Source of the DNA: Anaeromyxobacter sp. | GTDB lineage: Bacteria; Myxococcota; Myxococcia; Myxococcales; Anaeromyxobacteraceae | Assembly: GCA_049840735.1 (NCBI GenBank) | Contig: JASGJN010000013.1 | Coordinates: 224,001 to 288,000, forward strand | Direction: 5' to 3' | DNA: 64,000 nucleotides | Shown: piece by piece, positions 1 to 14,061 of the stretch | Position numbering within the stretch: the stretch's first letter is position 1 | How the letters are laid out: each line of letters starts with the position of its first letter | Made by a program: the position numbers and the translations under genes | Notes under the pieces: model-generated | Told to the model about the DNA's origin: nothing | Seen by the model: only the letters and a program-made list of their open reading frames with translations | Databases searched by the model: none

Positions 1-542
1 AGGCCGACCTGGCCTTCCTGGGCAACCGGCTGCCCGACCGCGAGGCGCGCGTCGAGGCCTTCTTCCTGGCCGCCGCCGCAGCCCTGCCCGGCCGGCGCTT
101 CCTGCTGGGCGGGGCGGGCTGGGAGGGCAAGCCGCTGCCCGCCAACGTGCGCCTGCTGGGGCACGTGGGCACCGCCGATCACAACGCGCTCAACGTCACG
201 CCGCTGGCCGTGCTCAACGTCTCGCGCGAGAGCATGGCGCGCAACGGCTTCTCGCCGGCCACGCGCGTCTTCGAGGCGGCCGGCGCCGGCGCCTGCCTGG
301 TGACCGACGCCTGGGAGGGGATCGCGCAGTTCCTCGAGCCGGGGCGGGAGGTGCTGGTGGCGCGCGACGGCGAGGAGGTGGCGGCGCACGTCGAGGCGCT
401 CACGCCGGCTCGCGCCCGGGCCCTCGGCGAGGCGGCGCGCCGCCGGGTGCTGGCGGAGCACACCTACGCGCAGCGCGCCGCGTCGGTGGAGGAGGCGCTG
501 GGGCTCGTCATCGAGCCGGCGCGGGCGGAGATCGGCGGATGA
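1..542 (+). CDS. CgeB/YkvP-family glycosyltransferase (5' partial)
   Basis: Frame open from base 3 (ADLAFLGNRLPDRE...). LNVSR...GFSPATRVFEAAGAGA..TD and HTYAQRA motifs; paralogous to the next gene. Confidence 0.8.
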   Translation, partial: ADLAFLGNRLPDREARVEAFFLAAAAALPGRRFLLGGAGWEGKPLPANVRLLGHVGTADHNALNVTPLAVLNVSRESMARNGFSPATRVFEAAGAGACLVTDAWEGIAQFLEPGREVLVARDGEEVAAHVEALTPARARALGEAARRRVLAEHTYAQRAASVEEALGLVIEPARAEIGG

Positions 543-1708
543 CCGCCCGCGGCCTGGACGTCGTCCTGCTGGGGCTCTCGCTCTCCTCTTCCTGGGGCAA
601 CGGCCACGCCACCACCTACCGCGCGCTGGCCGGGGCGCTCACCGCGGCGGGCCACCGGGTCCACTTCCTGGAGCGCGACGTCCCCTGGTACGCCAGCCAC
701 CGCGACCTGCCCGCGCCCCCGTACTGCCGGCTCTCGCTCTACGGCAGCCTGGAGGAGCTGCGCGAGCGCCACGGCCGGGCGCTGGCGGACGCCGACCTGG
801 TGGTGCTCGGCTCCTACGTGCCGGAGGGGCGCGGGGTCGCGCGGCTGGTGCAGGAGCTGGCCCGCGGCGTCACCGCGTTCTACGACATCGACACCCCGGT
901 GACGGTGGCGGCGCTGGCCCGCGGCGCGTGCGAGTACCTGGAGCCCTCGCAGGTGTGCGGCTTCGACCTCTACCTGTCCTTCACCGGCGGGCCGCTCCTG
1001 GCCAGGCTGGAGCGCGAGCTGGGGGCCCGCGCCGCCCGGCCGCTGTACTGCAGCGCCGATCCCGAGGTGCACCGTCCCAGCCGCCGCCCGCCGCGCTGGG
1101 ACCTGGGCTACGTGGGCACCTACAGCGCCGACCGGCAGCCGGCGCTGGACGCGCTGCTGGTGGCGCCGGCCCGGGCCCGCGCGGCGCGCCGCTTCGTGGT
1201 GGCCGGGCCGCAGTACCCGGCGGCGCTGGACTGGCCCGCCAACGTGGAGCGGATCGAGCACCTGCCGCCCGGCGAGCACGCCGGGTTCTACGGCGCGCAG
1301 CGCTTCACGCTCAACGTCACGCGGGCCGACATGGTGCGGGCAGGCTGGTCGCCTTCGGTGCGGCTCTTCGAGGCCGCCGCCTGCGCCACGCCCATCCTCT
1401 CCGACCGCTGGCCCGGGCTGGAGACGCTCTTCGTGCCCGGGCGCGAGATCCTGCTGGCGCGCGACACGCGCGAGGCGCTGGCGGTGCTGGAGGGGACGAC
1501 GGAGGAGGCCCGCCGCGCGCTGGGCGAGCGGGCCCGGCGGCGGGTGCTGGCCGAGCACACCGCCGATCACCGCGCCGAGGCGCTGGTCGGCTACGTGCAC
1601 GAGGTGAGGGGGCGGGGCGCGCGGCGCGGGGGCGCGGCGCGCACGCTGGGCGGGAGCGCGCGGCGGGAGCCGGAGCCGGAGCCGCCGCTGGCGCAGGGGG
1701 AGGGTTAG
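539..1708 (+). CDS. CgeB/YkvP-family glycosyltransferase
   Basis: SSWGNGHATTYR N-terminus; FTLNVTR..M...GWSPSVRLFEAAAC, SDRWPG, EHTADHRA. ATGA overlap with the upstream gene. Confidence 0.85.
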   Translation: MTARGLDVVLLGLSLSSSWGNGHATTYRALAGALTAAGHRVHFLERDVPWYASHRDLPAPPYCRLSLYGSLEELRERHGRALADADLVVLGSYVPEGRGVARLVQELARGVTAFYDIDTPVTVAALARGACEYLEPSQVCGFDLYLSFTGGPLLARLERELGARAARPLYCSADPEVHRPSRRPPRWDLGYVGTYSADRQPALDALLVAPARARAARRFVVAGPQYPAALDWPANVERIEHLPPGEHAGFYGAQRFTLNVTRADMVRAGWSPSVRLFEAAACATPILSDRWPGLETLFVPGREILLARDTREALAVLEGTTEEARRALGERARRRVLAEHTADHRAEALVGYVHEVRGRGARRGGAARTLGGSARREPEPEPPLAQGEG

Positions 1709-1751
1709 GGGTCGCCCGGGAGCCGTGGCGGCGCTGGACGGTGGGGGGGAC

Positions 1752-3074
<1,323 letters not shown>

Positions 3075-3206
3075 CGCCGTCCCCGGAGCGGCGCCGCCGC
3101 CGGGCCACTGGAACGTGCCCCCTTGCGCCAAACGTTGGCGCGACGGATTCCGACGGGCGCAGCTTGACCATGGGCCCGGTGACGGGGCGCGGAGAGGACG
3201 GGGGAC

Positions 3207-5339
3207 ATGGCGGGCGACATCTGGCCAGGGCGCTCGTTCCCGCTCGGGGCGACGCACGACGGCCAGGGCACGCTGTTCGCGGTCTACGCCCGCCACGCCG
3301 AGGCCCTCGAGCTGTGCCTGTTCGACCCCGCCGATCCGCTGCGAGAGACCCGCCGCGTGCGCCTGGCCGAGCGCACCGGCCACGTCTGGCACGCCTACCT
3401 CCCGGGCGTGGGGCCGGGCACGCCCTACGGCTACCGGGCCCACGGGCCGTACGAGCCGGAGGCCGGCCACCGCTACAACCCGGCCAAGCTGCTGATCGAC
3501 CCGTACGCCCGCGCCATCTGCGGCGAGACCGACTTCCGCGGGCCCATCTCCGGCTACGTGCTGGGCGGCCCGGAGGAGGACCTCGCGCCGGACGAGCAGG
3601 ACAGCGCCGGCCACGTGCCGCGCTCGGTGGTGGTGGGGAACCACTTCGACTGGGGCGACGACCGGCCTCCCGACCACCCGTGGCACCGCTCGATCATCTA
3701 CGAGGCGCACGTCCGCGGGTTCACCATGCGTCACCCCGAGGTCCCGCCGGAGCTGCGCGGGACCTACGCCGGCCTGGCCTCCCCGCCGGCCGTCGAGCAC
3801 CTGGTGCGGCTGGGCGTGACCGCGCTGGAACTGCTGCCGGTGCACGAGTACGTGGACGACCCGTTCCTGCAGGGGAAGGGGCTGGTCAACTACTGGGGCT
3901 ACTCCACGCTGGGCTACTTCGCGCCGGAGCAGCGCTACGCCTCGCGCGGCTGCATGGGGCAGCAGGTCCACGAGTTCAAGGAGCTGGTCAAGACGCTCCA
4001 CCGCGCCGGGATCGAGGTGATCCTGGACGTGGTCTACAACCACACCGCGGAGGGCAACCACCTCGGCCCCACGCTCTCGCTCAAGGGGCTCGACAACCGC
4101 ACCTACTACCGGCTCACCGGCGAGTCGCCGCGCTACTACATGGACTACACCGGCACCGGGAACTCGCTCGACCTGACGCAGGCGCAGACGCTCAAGCTGG
4201 TCATGGACTCGCTGCGCTACTGGGTCACCGAGATGCGGGTGGACGGCTTCCGCTTCGACCTGGCGGTGACGCTGGCGCGCGACCCCGACCACTTCGACCA
4301 GGCCTCGCGCTTCCTCTGCGCGGTGCAGCAGGATCCGGTGCTGGAGCGGGTGAAGCTGATCGCCGAGCCCTGGGACGTGGGGCCGGGCGGCTACCAGGTG
4401 GGCGCGTTCCCGGTGAACTGGTCGGAGTGGAACGGGAAGTACCGCGACGCCGTGCGCCGCTTCTGGAAGGGGGACGAGAGCCAGACCGGGGAGCTGGGCT
4501 ACCGGCTGACCGGGTCGCCCGACCTGTACGAGCCGGCTGGCCGGAAGATCTTCGCCAGCGTCAACTTCGTCACCGCCCACGACGGCTTCACGCTGCGCGA
4601 CCTGGTCTCCTACGACCGCAAGCACAACGAGGCCAACGGCGAGGGCAACCGCGACGGCACCGACGACAACGCCTCCTGGAACTGCGGCGTGGAGGGCGAG
4701 ACCGGGGATCGGGCCGTGCTCGCGCTGCGCGACCGGCAGGTGCGCAACCTGCTCGCCACCCTGCTGGTCTCGCAGGGCGTCCCCATGATCGTGGCCGGGG
4801 ACGAGATGGGGAAGACGCAGGCCGGGAACAACAACGCCTACTGCCAGGACAACGAGCTCTCCTGGCTGGACTGGGACCTGGACGACCGGCGCCGGGCGCT
4901 GCTGGGGTTCACGCGCCGGCTCGTCCGCATGCGCCTCGAGCAGCCCGTGCTGCAGCGCCGGCGCTTCTTCCGCGGCGACCACCTGTGGGACTCGTCGCTC
5001 AAGGACCTGGCCTGGTTCCGGCCGGACGGGACCGAGATGACCGAGGCCGACTGGAAGAAGCCCTTCGCGCGCTCGGTCGCGTTCCTGCTGGGCGGCGACA
5101 CCATCGAGACGCCGGACGAGCGCGGGCAGCGGATCGTGGGGGACAGCCTGCTGGTCCTCCTCAACGCCGACCAGGGGCCCGTGACCTACCGCCTGCCGGA
5201 GGTGGAGTGGGGGCACGCCTGGGAGATCCAGCTCGACACCGCCGGGGCGACCGACCTGAAGCGCGACCTGGTGGAGGCGCGCGGCGACGTCCCGCTGGAG
5301 GCCCGGTCGATGATGATCCTGGCCCGGCGGGCGCGGTAG
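3207..5339 (+). CDS. glgX: Glycogen debranching enzyme (GH13 isoamylase)
   Basis: NYWGYST, DVVYNHTAEG, VDGFRFDLA, IAEPWD, NFVTAHDGFTL, GNNNAYCQDN. Confidence 0.97.
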   Translation: MAGDIWPGRSFPLGATHDGQGTLFAVYARHAEALELCLFDPADPLRETRRVRLAERTGHVWHAYLPGVGPGTPYGYRAHGPYEPEAGHRYNPAKLLIDPYARAICGETDFRGPISGYVLGGPEEDLAPDEQDSAGHVPRSVVVGNHFDWGDDRPPDHPWHRSIIYEAHVRGFTMRHPEVPPELRGTYAGLASPPAVEHLVRLGVTALELLPVHEYVDDPFLQGKGLVNYWGYSTLGYFAPEQRYASRGCMGQQVHEFKELVKTLHRAGIEVILDVVYNHTAEGNHLGPTLSLKGLDNRTYYRLTGESPRYYMDYTGTGNSLDLTQAQTLKLVMDSLRYWVTEMRVDGFRFDLAVTLARDPDHFDQASRFLCAVQQDPVLERVKLIAEPWDVGPGGYQVGAFPVNWSEWNGKYRDAVRRFWKGDESQTGELGYRLTGSPDLYEPAGRKIFASVNFVTAHDGFTLRDLVSYDRKHNEANGEGNRDGTDDNASWNCGVEGETGDRAVLALRDRQVRNLLATLLVSQGVPMIVAGDEMGKTQAGNNNAYCQDNELSWLDWDLDDRRRALLGFTRRLVRMRLEQPVLQRRRFFRGDHLWDSSLKDLAWFRPDGTEMTEADWKKPFARSVAFLLGGDTIETPDERGQRIVGDSLLVLLNADQGPVTYRLPEVEWGHAWEIQLDTAGATDLKRDLVEARGDVPLEARSMMILARRAR

Positions 5340-5381
5340 CCAGCCAGGCCGGGGTGGCGGCCCCGGCCTGTGGCCGGAGGC

Positions 5382-5598
5382 GGGGCGCAGCCCCCGTGCT
5401 CTGCCGGAGCGCTTCGCGGCCGGCAGGGTGGGGGCCCCAGCGCAGCTGGGGGAGGGGCGCAGCCCTTCCACGCTGGGTGCCGCGCAAGGGCCCATTCCTC
5501 TGTCTGGATGATCCGGGCCCGCAGCGCGGCGGGACCCAGCGCAGCAGGGGTGGGGCCCCGACGGCTCCGCCGGCGGGGCGGGGGCGCAGCCCCCGTGC
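5382..5598. repeat. GC-rich intergenic direct repeats (GGGGCGCAGCCCCCGTGC)
   Basis: Identical 18-mers at 5382-5399 and 5581-5598, partial copy at 5454-5465. A hairpin CAGGCCGGGG..CCCCGGCCTG follows the glgX stop. Confidence 0.55.
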
Positions 5599-5645
5599 AA
5601 TGTCAGCTCCACGTGCCCCCGCCCGTCCGCCTATACTCCCCGCCC

Positions 5646-7085
<1,440 letters not shown>

Positions 7086-7279
7086 TCACGCCGCCCATTC
7101 GGATTGAGCCTGCGTGATGGGGGGTTACGGGGGGAGAGTTCTCCCCCCGAGCTGAGGCGCCGTCAGGCGCCGGATCCTGCTCATGGCGTACGGTTCCGTT
7201 TCGGCATCAACTCGACCGGTCGCCGCCATGAGGGGCCCCGCCGCGAGGCCCGGCGCCCATTCTCCGCTATCATCCCCCC

Positions 7280-10200
7280 GTGCAACTCGCCTCCGTCATC
7301 CCGGGGCTGCCCGAGGCCGCCCCACGCCAGCCCGAGTCGGCCGAGCGCCTGGCCCGCCTCTCCCGCCGCCTCCCCGCCCTCGCCGAGCTCGAGGCCCGCG
7401 TGGCGCTCGCGCCGGACCCGGACCTGGCGCTGGCCGGCGTCGAGCGCTACCTGGACGGCGCCGGGGCGCTGCCCACCGAGCCCGCCCTGCTGGACGCGCT
7501 GGTGCTGCTCTGCGGCGCCTCGCGGATGCTCCCGGCGCTGCTGGCCCGCGCCCCGCACCTGCTCCGCCGCGCCGTCCGCGGCCGCCACCTCACCCGGCCG
7601 CGCACCGAGGCCGAGCTGGTGCGCACGCTGGACCGGGCCGCCCGGCGGCTGGCGCCGGACGACGTGGCCGGCTTCCACGCGCTGCTGCGGCGGCTGCGGG
7701 CGCGCGAGGTGGTGCGCATCTCGCTGCGCGACCTGCGGCGCGCCCGGGTGGACGAGATCACCGGCGAGCTGTCGGCCCTGGCCACCGCCTGCCTCGACGC
7801 CGCCATCCGCTTCCACGACCGGCGCCTGCGCGCCCGCCACGGCCCGCCGGCCGGGCTGGAGGGGAAGCCGCCCGGGGCCGGCTTCTGCGCCCTGGCCATG
7901 GGCAAGCTGGGCGCCCGCGAGCTCAACTTCTCCTCCGACATCGACCTCATCTACGTCTACGACGTGGACGGCCAGACCGTGGGCGAGAGGCCCATCACCC
8001 ACTTCGCCTACTACGCCAAGCTGGCCGAGCATGTCACCGAGGCCATCGCCAAGCCCACCGGCGACGGCTTCGTCTTCCGCGTGGACCTGAACCTGCGCCC
8101 GGACGGGCAGAACGGCCCCATCGTCAACAGCCTGCGGGCCGCCGAGCTCTACTACGAGTCCTTCGGCCGGACCTGGGAGCGGGCCGCGCTGGTCAAGGCC
8201 CGCCCCGCCGCCGGCGACCTGGCGGTGGGCGAGGGCTTCCTCAAGACGCTCCACCCGTTCATCTGGCGGCGCACGCTCGACCTGGGCGTGGTGCAGGAGA
8301 TCCACTCCATGAAGGCGCGCATCGACGCGCGCGCCGGCGCCGAGGGCAAGGACGATCTCAAGCTGGGCAAGGGCGGCATCCGCGAGGCCGAGTTCTTCGT
8401 GACCGCGCTGCAGCTGCTCCACGCCGGCCGCGAGGAGGGGCGCGCCCTGCGCGAACGGCCGGTGATCCCGGCGCTGGACCGGCTCCTCTACGCCGGCATC
8501 GTGCCGGTGAAGGACCGCGACGACCTGGCCGACGCCTACCTGTTCCTGCGCCGCGCCGAGCACCGGGTGCAGATGGTGGACGGGGCGCAGACCCACCGGC
8601 TGCCGCCCGCCGGCGAGCGGCTGGGGCTGGCCCGCTCCATGGGCTATCCGGACGAGCCCGCCTTCGAGGCCGCGCTGGGCGCCCACCGCGACCGGGTGGC
8701 CCGGCTCTTCGGCGGGCTGCTGGGCACCAGCACCGGCGAGGTGCCGCTCGATCCGGAGCTGACCTTGCTGGCCGACGGCGACGTGGAGCGGCCGCGCCGG
8801 GTGGAGATTGCGCTGCGCCGCGGCCTCTCCGACCCGGACCGCGCCATCGCCGCCATCGACCTGATGGCCCGCCGCCCCACCCCGTTCTCGCGGACCGGCG
8901 ACCCCGCCGCGGCCGGTGCGCTCCTCTTCGACGCGCTGGCCACGCCCGACCCGGTGCAGGCGCTCTCGCACCTGGGCGACTTCGCCGCCGCGCTCTCCAA
9001 CCCCGAGCCCTGGTTCCGCATGCTGACCGAGCACCGGCGCGTGGCCCGGCTGCTCCTCTCGCTCTTCGGCACCTCCGACTTCCTCTCCAAGCGCTTCGTG
9101 CGCCACCCCGAGCTGATCGACCTGCTGCTGCGCCAGGACCAGGTGGTGCTGCAGAAGCCGCGCGCCCAGCTGGAGGGCGAGGTGCGGGAGCGGCTGGAGT
9201 CGGTGGACCCGGACCTGCAGCTGGACGAGCGGCTGGAGCGGCAGCTGGGCGAGCTGCGCCGCTACAAGGACCAGGAGGTCCTGCGCATCGCGGTGCACGA
9301 CATCGCCGGCGTGATCGACCTGGCGCAGGTGGCCGGCCAGCTGACCGAGCTGGCCGAGGTGCTGCTCGGGGCCAGCCTGGAGCTGGCCGAGGCCGAGGCC
9401 CGCGCCAAGGGCGTGCTGCCCGAGGGGCGCCTGTGCGTGATCGGCATGGGCAAGCTGGGCGGGCGCGAGCTCGGCTACCACTCCGATTGGACCTGATCTT
9501 CGTCTACCCGGGCGGCGCCACCGCCGGCTACGAGCGCCACGCCCGCCTGGCGCAGCGGCTCATCTCCTTCCTGCAGATGCCGCTGCGCGAGGGGCGGCTC
9601 TACCAGATCGACACCCGCCTGCGCCCCTCCGGCAACCAGGGCGCGCTGGTGATCGGGCTGGAGGCGTTCATCCGCTACCACATGGGCGACGCGCTCCCCG
9701 GCGGCGCGGCCCGCGACGCGGCCGCGGGCGAGGTGCGCTCGCAGCTGTGGGAGCGGCAGGCGCTGCTGCGGGCGCGCCACGTCTCCGGCGACGCCGCCAT
9801 CTTCGAGGAGCTCTCGCGCCGCGTGCTGCAGCCGGTGGTCTACGGCCCGCGGCAGGACCGGGCGGCGCTGGCCGCCGAGATCCGGCGCATGCGCGAGCGG
9901 ATGGAGAGCGAGCTGGCCAGGGAAGCGGCGCGGGGCAAGAACCCCAAGACCGGCCACGGCGGCCTGGTGGACGTCGAGTTCGCCGCCCAGTTCCTGCAGC
10001 TGCTGCACGGCCACGACCACCCGGCCATCCGCACGCCCACCACGCCCGAGGCCCTGGCGCGCCTGCGCGCCGCCGGGCTGCTGCGCGAGGCGGAGCACGC
10101 GGCGCTGGCCCGCGGCTACGGGTTCCTGCGCCGGGTGGAGCTGCGCCTGCGCATCGTGCACGACTACGCCATCGACCACCTGCCCGAGCGCGGCCAGGCC

Positions 10201-10320
10201 CTGGACCAGCTGGCGCGCCGGCTGGGCTACGGCGGCCCCGAGGCCGGCCCGCGCTTCCTGGCCGAGTACGGGCGGGTCACCGCGGCGGTGCGCGAGGCCT
10301 TCGACGCGGTGGTCTCATGA
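7280..10320 (+). CDS. glnE: Bifunctional glutamine synthetase adenylyltransferase/deadenylylase (frameshift near 9487, probably sequencing indel)
   Basis: Two nucleotidyltransferase domains: MGKLGARELNFSSDIDL and MGKLGGRELGYHSD|LDLIF. Also RVDLNLRPDG, IDTRLRPSG, GGLVDVEF. One base is missing at HSD-LDL. Confidence 0.9.
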
Positions 10321-11756
10321 GCGACCTGGCCCCGCTGGACGACGCGGCCCTCGACGCGCTCCGCGAGGCGGCGCGGCCGTTCGAGGACGCCGAGGCGGCG
10401 CTGGTCCGCTCGGTGGTGAGCACCACCCCCTGGCTCTCCGAGGCCGACGAGGCGCAGCTGCGCTACGCGCTCAACCTGGCGCGCACCGCCCGCGTGCGCG
10501 CGCCGGACGGCGCGGACGTGGACCTGGCGCCGGTGCTGGCGCCGCTCCGCGAGGAGGTGCGGGCGGTGCTGCCCGCGCTGCTCGCCCCGGGCGGCCCCGA
10601 CCGCGAGGCGGTGGGCCGGCTCGCGCCGGTGCTGGGCGCGCGGGCCCGCGTCTTCCGCGACCTGGCGGTGGAGGCCTCCGGCGGGCGCCTCCCGCGCGGC
10701 GCGCTCGATCGCGAGGTCTGCGAGAAGGCGCTGGTGGTGGTGGCGGGGGGCGGCGGGGGCGTGGCCTGGAGCTACCTGGGCGCGCTGGCGCTGCTCGAGC
10801 AGTACGCGCTCACGCCGCGCCTGCTGGCCGGCACCAGCATGGGCGCGGTGCTGCTCCTGATGCGCGCGCGGCGCGTGCGCTGGCACGCCGACGACGTCAA
10901 CGAGGCGCTCAAGGGGCTCACCTTCCGCACGCTCTTCCGCTTCCTGCGCGCCGAGGCGCGCTACGGGCTGCCGGCGGCGCTGCGGCTGTACCTGCGCGCC
11001 GCCATCGGCGACTTCCTGCGCGGGCCGGACGGCCACCCGCTCACGCTGGGTCAGCTCGCCGTCCCGCTGGTGGTGGCGGTCACCGGCATCCGCAACGGCG
11101 CCCTGCCGCGCGACCCGTCCTACTACGAGCACCTGCTCGACCTGGACGGGCGCGAGGCCCGGCCCATCCTGCTCCCGCGCATGGTGACCGACGTCTTCGG
11201 CGCGGTGGCCGAGCTGATCCTGCAGCGGGACCGCTTCGCCCGCGTCTACCTGGGGAGCGACGAGGAGACCCGCGACTTCGACGCCATCGACGCGGTGGGC
11301 TTCTCCTCCGCCCTCCCCGGCGTCATCCACTACGACGTGGTGCGCGAGGACGACCGGATGCACGCCATGCTGGCGCGCATCTTCTCGCGCGAGGACCTGT
11401 TCCGGCTGGTGGACGGCGGGCTGGTGGACAACCTCCCGGCCCGGGAGGCCTGGGCCACCGTGCAGCGCGGGGCCGTGGGCACCCGCAACGCCTTCGTGCT
11501 GGGGCTGGAGGGGTTCGGGCCCAAGCTGTCGCAGCCGCTCTGGTACGGCATCGCCCAGCTGGCGGCGGCCAACGTGGCCTGGAACAAGCCCTTCATCCAC
11601 CTCCACAAGTCCTTCCAGCGGGTGCTCTCGCCCATCGAGATCGTCCCCGACGCCGGGGAGCTCCAGCGGGCCAGCAACGACGGGAAGGCCGAGCTGCACC
11701 CGGACATGCCCTTCCTCGCCCACATGGTCCGGTCGTTCCCCGCACCGGCTCCGTAG
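10317..11756 (+). CDS. Patatin-like phospholipase
   Basis: Gly-rich GGGGG, nucleophile GTSMG, DGG motif (VDGGLVDNLP). ATGA overlap with glnE. Confidence 0.85.
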   Translation: MSDLAPLDDAALDALREAARPFEDAEAALVRSVVSTTPWLSEADEAQLRYALNLARTARVRAPDGADVDLAPVLAPLREEVRAVLPALLAPGGPDREAVGRLAPVLGARARVFRDLAVEASGGRLPRGALDREVCEKALVVVAGGGGGVAWSYLGALALLEQYALTPRLLAGTSMGAVLLLMRARRVRWHADDVNEALKGLTFRTLFRFLRAEARYGLPAALRLYLRAAIGDFLRGPDGHPLTLGQLAVPLVVAVTGIRNGALPRDPSYYEHLLDLDGREARPILLPRMVTDVFGAVAELILQRDRFARVYLGSDEETRDFDAIDAVGFSSALPGVIHYDVVREDDRMHAMLARIFSREDLFRLVDGGLVDNLPAREAWATVQRGAVGTRNAFVLGLEGFGPKLSQPLWYGIAQLAAANVAWNKPFIHLHKSFQRVLSPIEIVPDAGELQRASNDGKAELHPDMPFLAHMVRSFPAPAP

Positions 11757-11843
11757 AAATGCGGGGGCGCTGAGGTGTTGAATCCCCCCGCCCCCTGAGG
11801 CACATTCGAGGCCCACACCGCAGCACCCGCAAAGGCGCGCTCC

Positions 11844-12758
11844 ATGATCAAGGCCGACACGATCTGGCTGGACGGCAAGCTGGTCCCGTTCGACGAGGCC
11901 AAGGTCCACGTCCTCACCCACGCCCTGCACTACGGCATCGGCGTCTTCGAGGGCATCCGCGCCTACCGCGGCGCGGACGGCCGCTCGGCCGTGTTCCGCC
12001 TCCGCGAGCACATCCAGCGGCTCCATGACTCGGCGCACATCATCCTGATGGAGATCCCGTTCGCGGCCGAGCGGCTGGAGCAGGCCTGCGTCGAGGTGCT
12101 CAAGTCCAACAAGCTCGACGCCGGCTACCTGCGGCCGCTGGCGTTCACCGGCGCCGGCGCGCTGGGCGTGGGCGCCCAGAACCCGATCCAGGTGCTGATC
12201 GCCGCCTGGCCCTGGGGCGCCTACCTGTCCGAGGACGGCCTGAAGAAGGGCATCCGCGCCAAGGTCTCCTCCTTCAACCGCACCCACGTGAACGTGGGCA
12301 TGGTCCGCGCCAAGGTGTCGGGGCAGTACGTGAACTCCTTCCTCGCCACCCGCGAGGCGGCCATGGCCGGCTACGAGGAGGCCATCCTGCTCGACGCCGA
12401 GGGCTACGTGGCCGAGGGCGCGGGCGAGAACCTCTTCATCGTGAAGAACGGCGTGCTGCAGACCCCGCCGCTCTCCTCCGCCGTCCTGGCGGGCATCACC
12501 CGCGACTCGGTGCTGCGCATCGCCAAGGACCACGGCATCCCGGTGAAGGAGGAGAAGTTCACCCGGGACACCATGTACCTGGCCGACGAGCTGTTCATGA
12601 CCGGCACCGCCGCCGAGGTCACCCCGGTGCGCGAGGTGGACAACCGCCGCATCGGCAAGGGCGAGCCCGGCCCGGTCACCAAGAAGATCCAGGAGACCTT
12701 CTTCCGCGCCGTCCGGGGCGAGGAGCCCCGCTACCGCGAATGGCTGATGCCTTACTGA
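11844..12758 (+). CDS. ilvE: Branched-chain amino acid aminotransferase
   Basis: [52 protein letters not shown]. Confidence 0.96.
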   Translation: MIKADTIWLDGKLVPFDEAKVHVLTHALHYGIGVFEGIRAYRGADGRSAVFRLREHIQRLHDSAHIILMEIPFAAERLEQACVEVLKSNKLDAGYLRPLAFTGAGALGVGAQNPIQVLIAAWPWGAYLSEDGLKKGIRAKVSSFNRTHVNVGMVRAKVSGQYVNSFLATREAAMAGYEEAILLDAEGYVAEGAGENLFIVKNGVLQTPPLSSAVLAGITRDSVLRIAKDHGIPVKEEKFTRDTMYLADELFMTGTAAEVTPVREVDNRRIGKGEPGPVTKKIQETFFRAVRGEEPRYREWLMPY

Positions 12759-13056
12759 GCCTCTCCCCATCCTTGGCCCCTCAAGGGGCACCGAGCGCTC
12801 GCCTTCCCGGCGGGCGCTTCGCTTTTCGGGGGAAGGCCCCGCGTCGGGGTGCCGCGCAAGGATGCGCTCCCCGCGCGGAACAAGCCGGCCGGCTCGCACG
12901 TTCATCACGCGCAGGGCAATTCGGTTGACCAGTCGCGCCTGCTTCGGCTAGATACCCGCGACTTTTCTGGGATTTACAACCCCAACCCGCTCGCCGGCCG
13001 CGAGGGCCGCAGAGGCCAGAGGGACGGCCGCCGCGCCGAGCCAGGAGCCCAGGACG

Positions 13057-13824
13057 ATGAGGACCCGATACGTCGACATCGACGATCGCATGGAAGATCT
13101 CGCGGAGCGCATGCGCGCCGACGAGGAGCTCGCCCAGGACTTCCTGCAGAAGTACGAGCTGTCGTGGCTGTACCACGAGAACGCCCTCGAGGGCCTGGTG
13201 TACTCCAGCCAGGAGCTGGCGGCGGCGCTCGAGACGCCGGTGCTGGCCGACGCCACCTTCGCCAGCGCGCTGCGCGAGCTGCGCAACCACAAGCTGGCGC
13301 TGGACGCCGTGCGCGAGGAGGCCCGCAACAAGAAGCTGAAGCTGGGCCTCAGCGTGGTGAAGCGGATCTACGAGTCGCTGACCCAGGGCATGGAGGGCAA
13401 GAACGCGGCGGAGTACCGCAAGGACATGCCGCTCCACCGCGCCTACTTCCACGACATCGCGCAGCCGCCCAAGATCCCGGCCCTGCTCCAGAAGCTCTTC
13501 GACGGCACCGAGACCGCCGACTGGCGCAACGCGCATCCCATCCAGCAGGCGGCCCGGCTGCAGCACGGCTTCATGCAGGCGTTCCCCTACACCGACCAGT
13601 CCGGCCGCGTGGCCCGCCTGCTGGCCAACCTGGTCCTGCTGCACGCCGGCTACCGGCTGCCGCTCATCGTGCACGCCACCGACCGGCAGCGGTACTACGA
13701 GGCCCTGCGCCAGCCCGAGACGGTGCTCCGCGACCTGACCATCGAGGCGCTCGACAACGCGCTCGAGCAGGCCGAGAAGTTCTTCGCCGAGGCTCCGGCG
13801 CGCAGCCGCAAGGCGGCCCGCTAG
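13057..13824 (+). CDS. Fic-family protein with non-canonical motif
   Basis: YHENALEG (SxxIEG-like), EYRK, then FPYTDQSGRVAR in place of HPFxDGNGRxxR, and DRQRYYEAL. Confidence 0.8.
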   Translation: MRTRYVDIDDRMEDLAERMRADEELAQDFLQKYELSWLYHENALEGLVYSSQELAAALETPVLADATFASALRELRNHKLALDAVREEARNKKLKLGLSVVKRIYESLTQGMEGKNAAEYRKDMPLHRAYFHDIAQPPKIPALLQKLFDGTETADWRNAHPIQQAARLQHGFMQAFPYTDQSGRVARLLANLVLLHAGYRLPLIVHATDRQRYYEALRQPETVLRDLTIEALDNALEQAEKFFAEAPARSRKAAR

Positions 13825-14061
13825 CAGCTTCTTCAGCTCGGCTCCGCCGCCTCCTCGCGCCCGCGATGCCCCTTTCGGGGCCCTCGCGGGCGCGGCCGTT
13901 TTCGCGGATGGGCGGCGGCCCGCCGCCCGCCTTGGAGGGGGTCCGGGCGTCCTCCGGGTGTGGCAACCCGCGGACAAAGCGGACGTTTCTTGTTCGTCGG
14001 GTTGCGCTCCGGACCGAGCATGGCGGGGTGGCAGGGCGGTGGGGTATAGCTACGCCCCCTC

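Noticed and set aside
7119..7175. Hairpins between the sigma-54 regulator and glnE as an ncRNA
   Set aside because: Consistent with an ordinary terminator or repeat hairpin; no family features recognised.
9480..9496. Programmed frameshift or genuinely split glnE
   Set aside because: The break falls inside the conserved SDLDL motif with no slippery site, and similar indels occur throughout the window.
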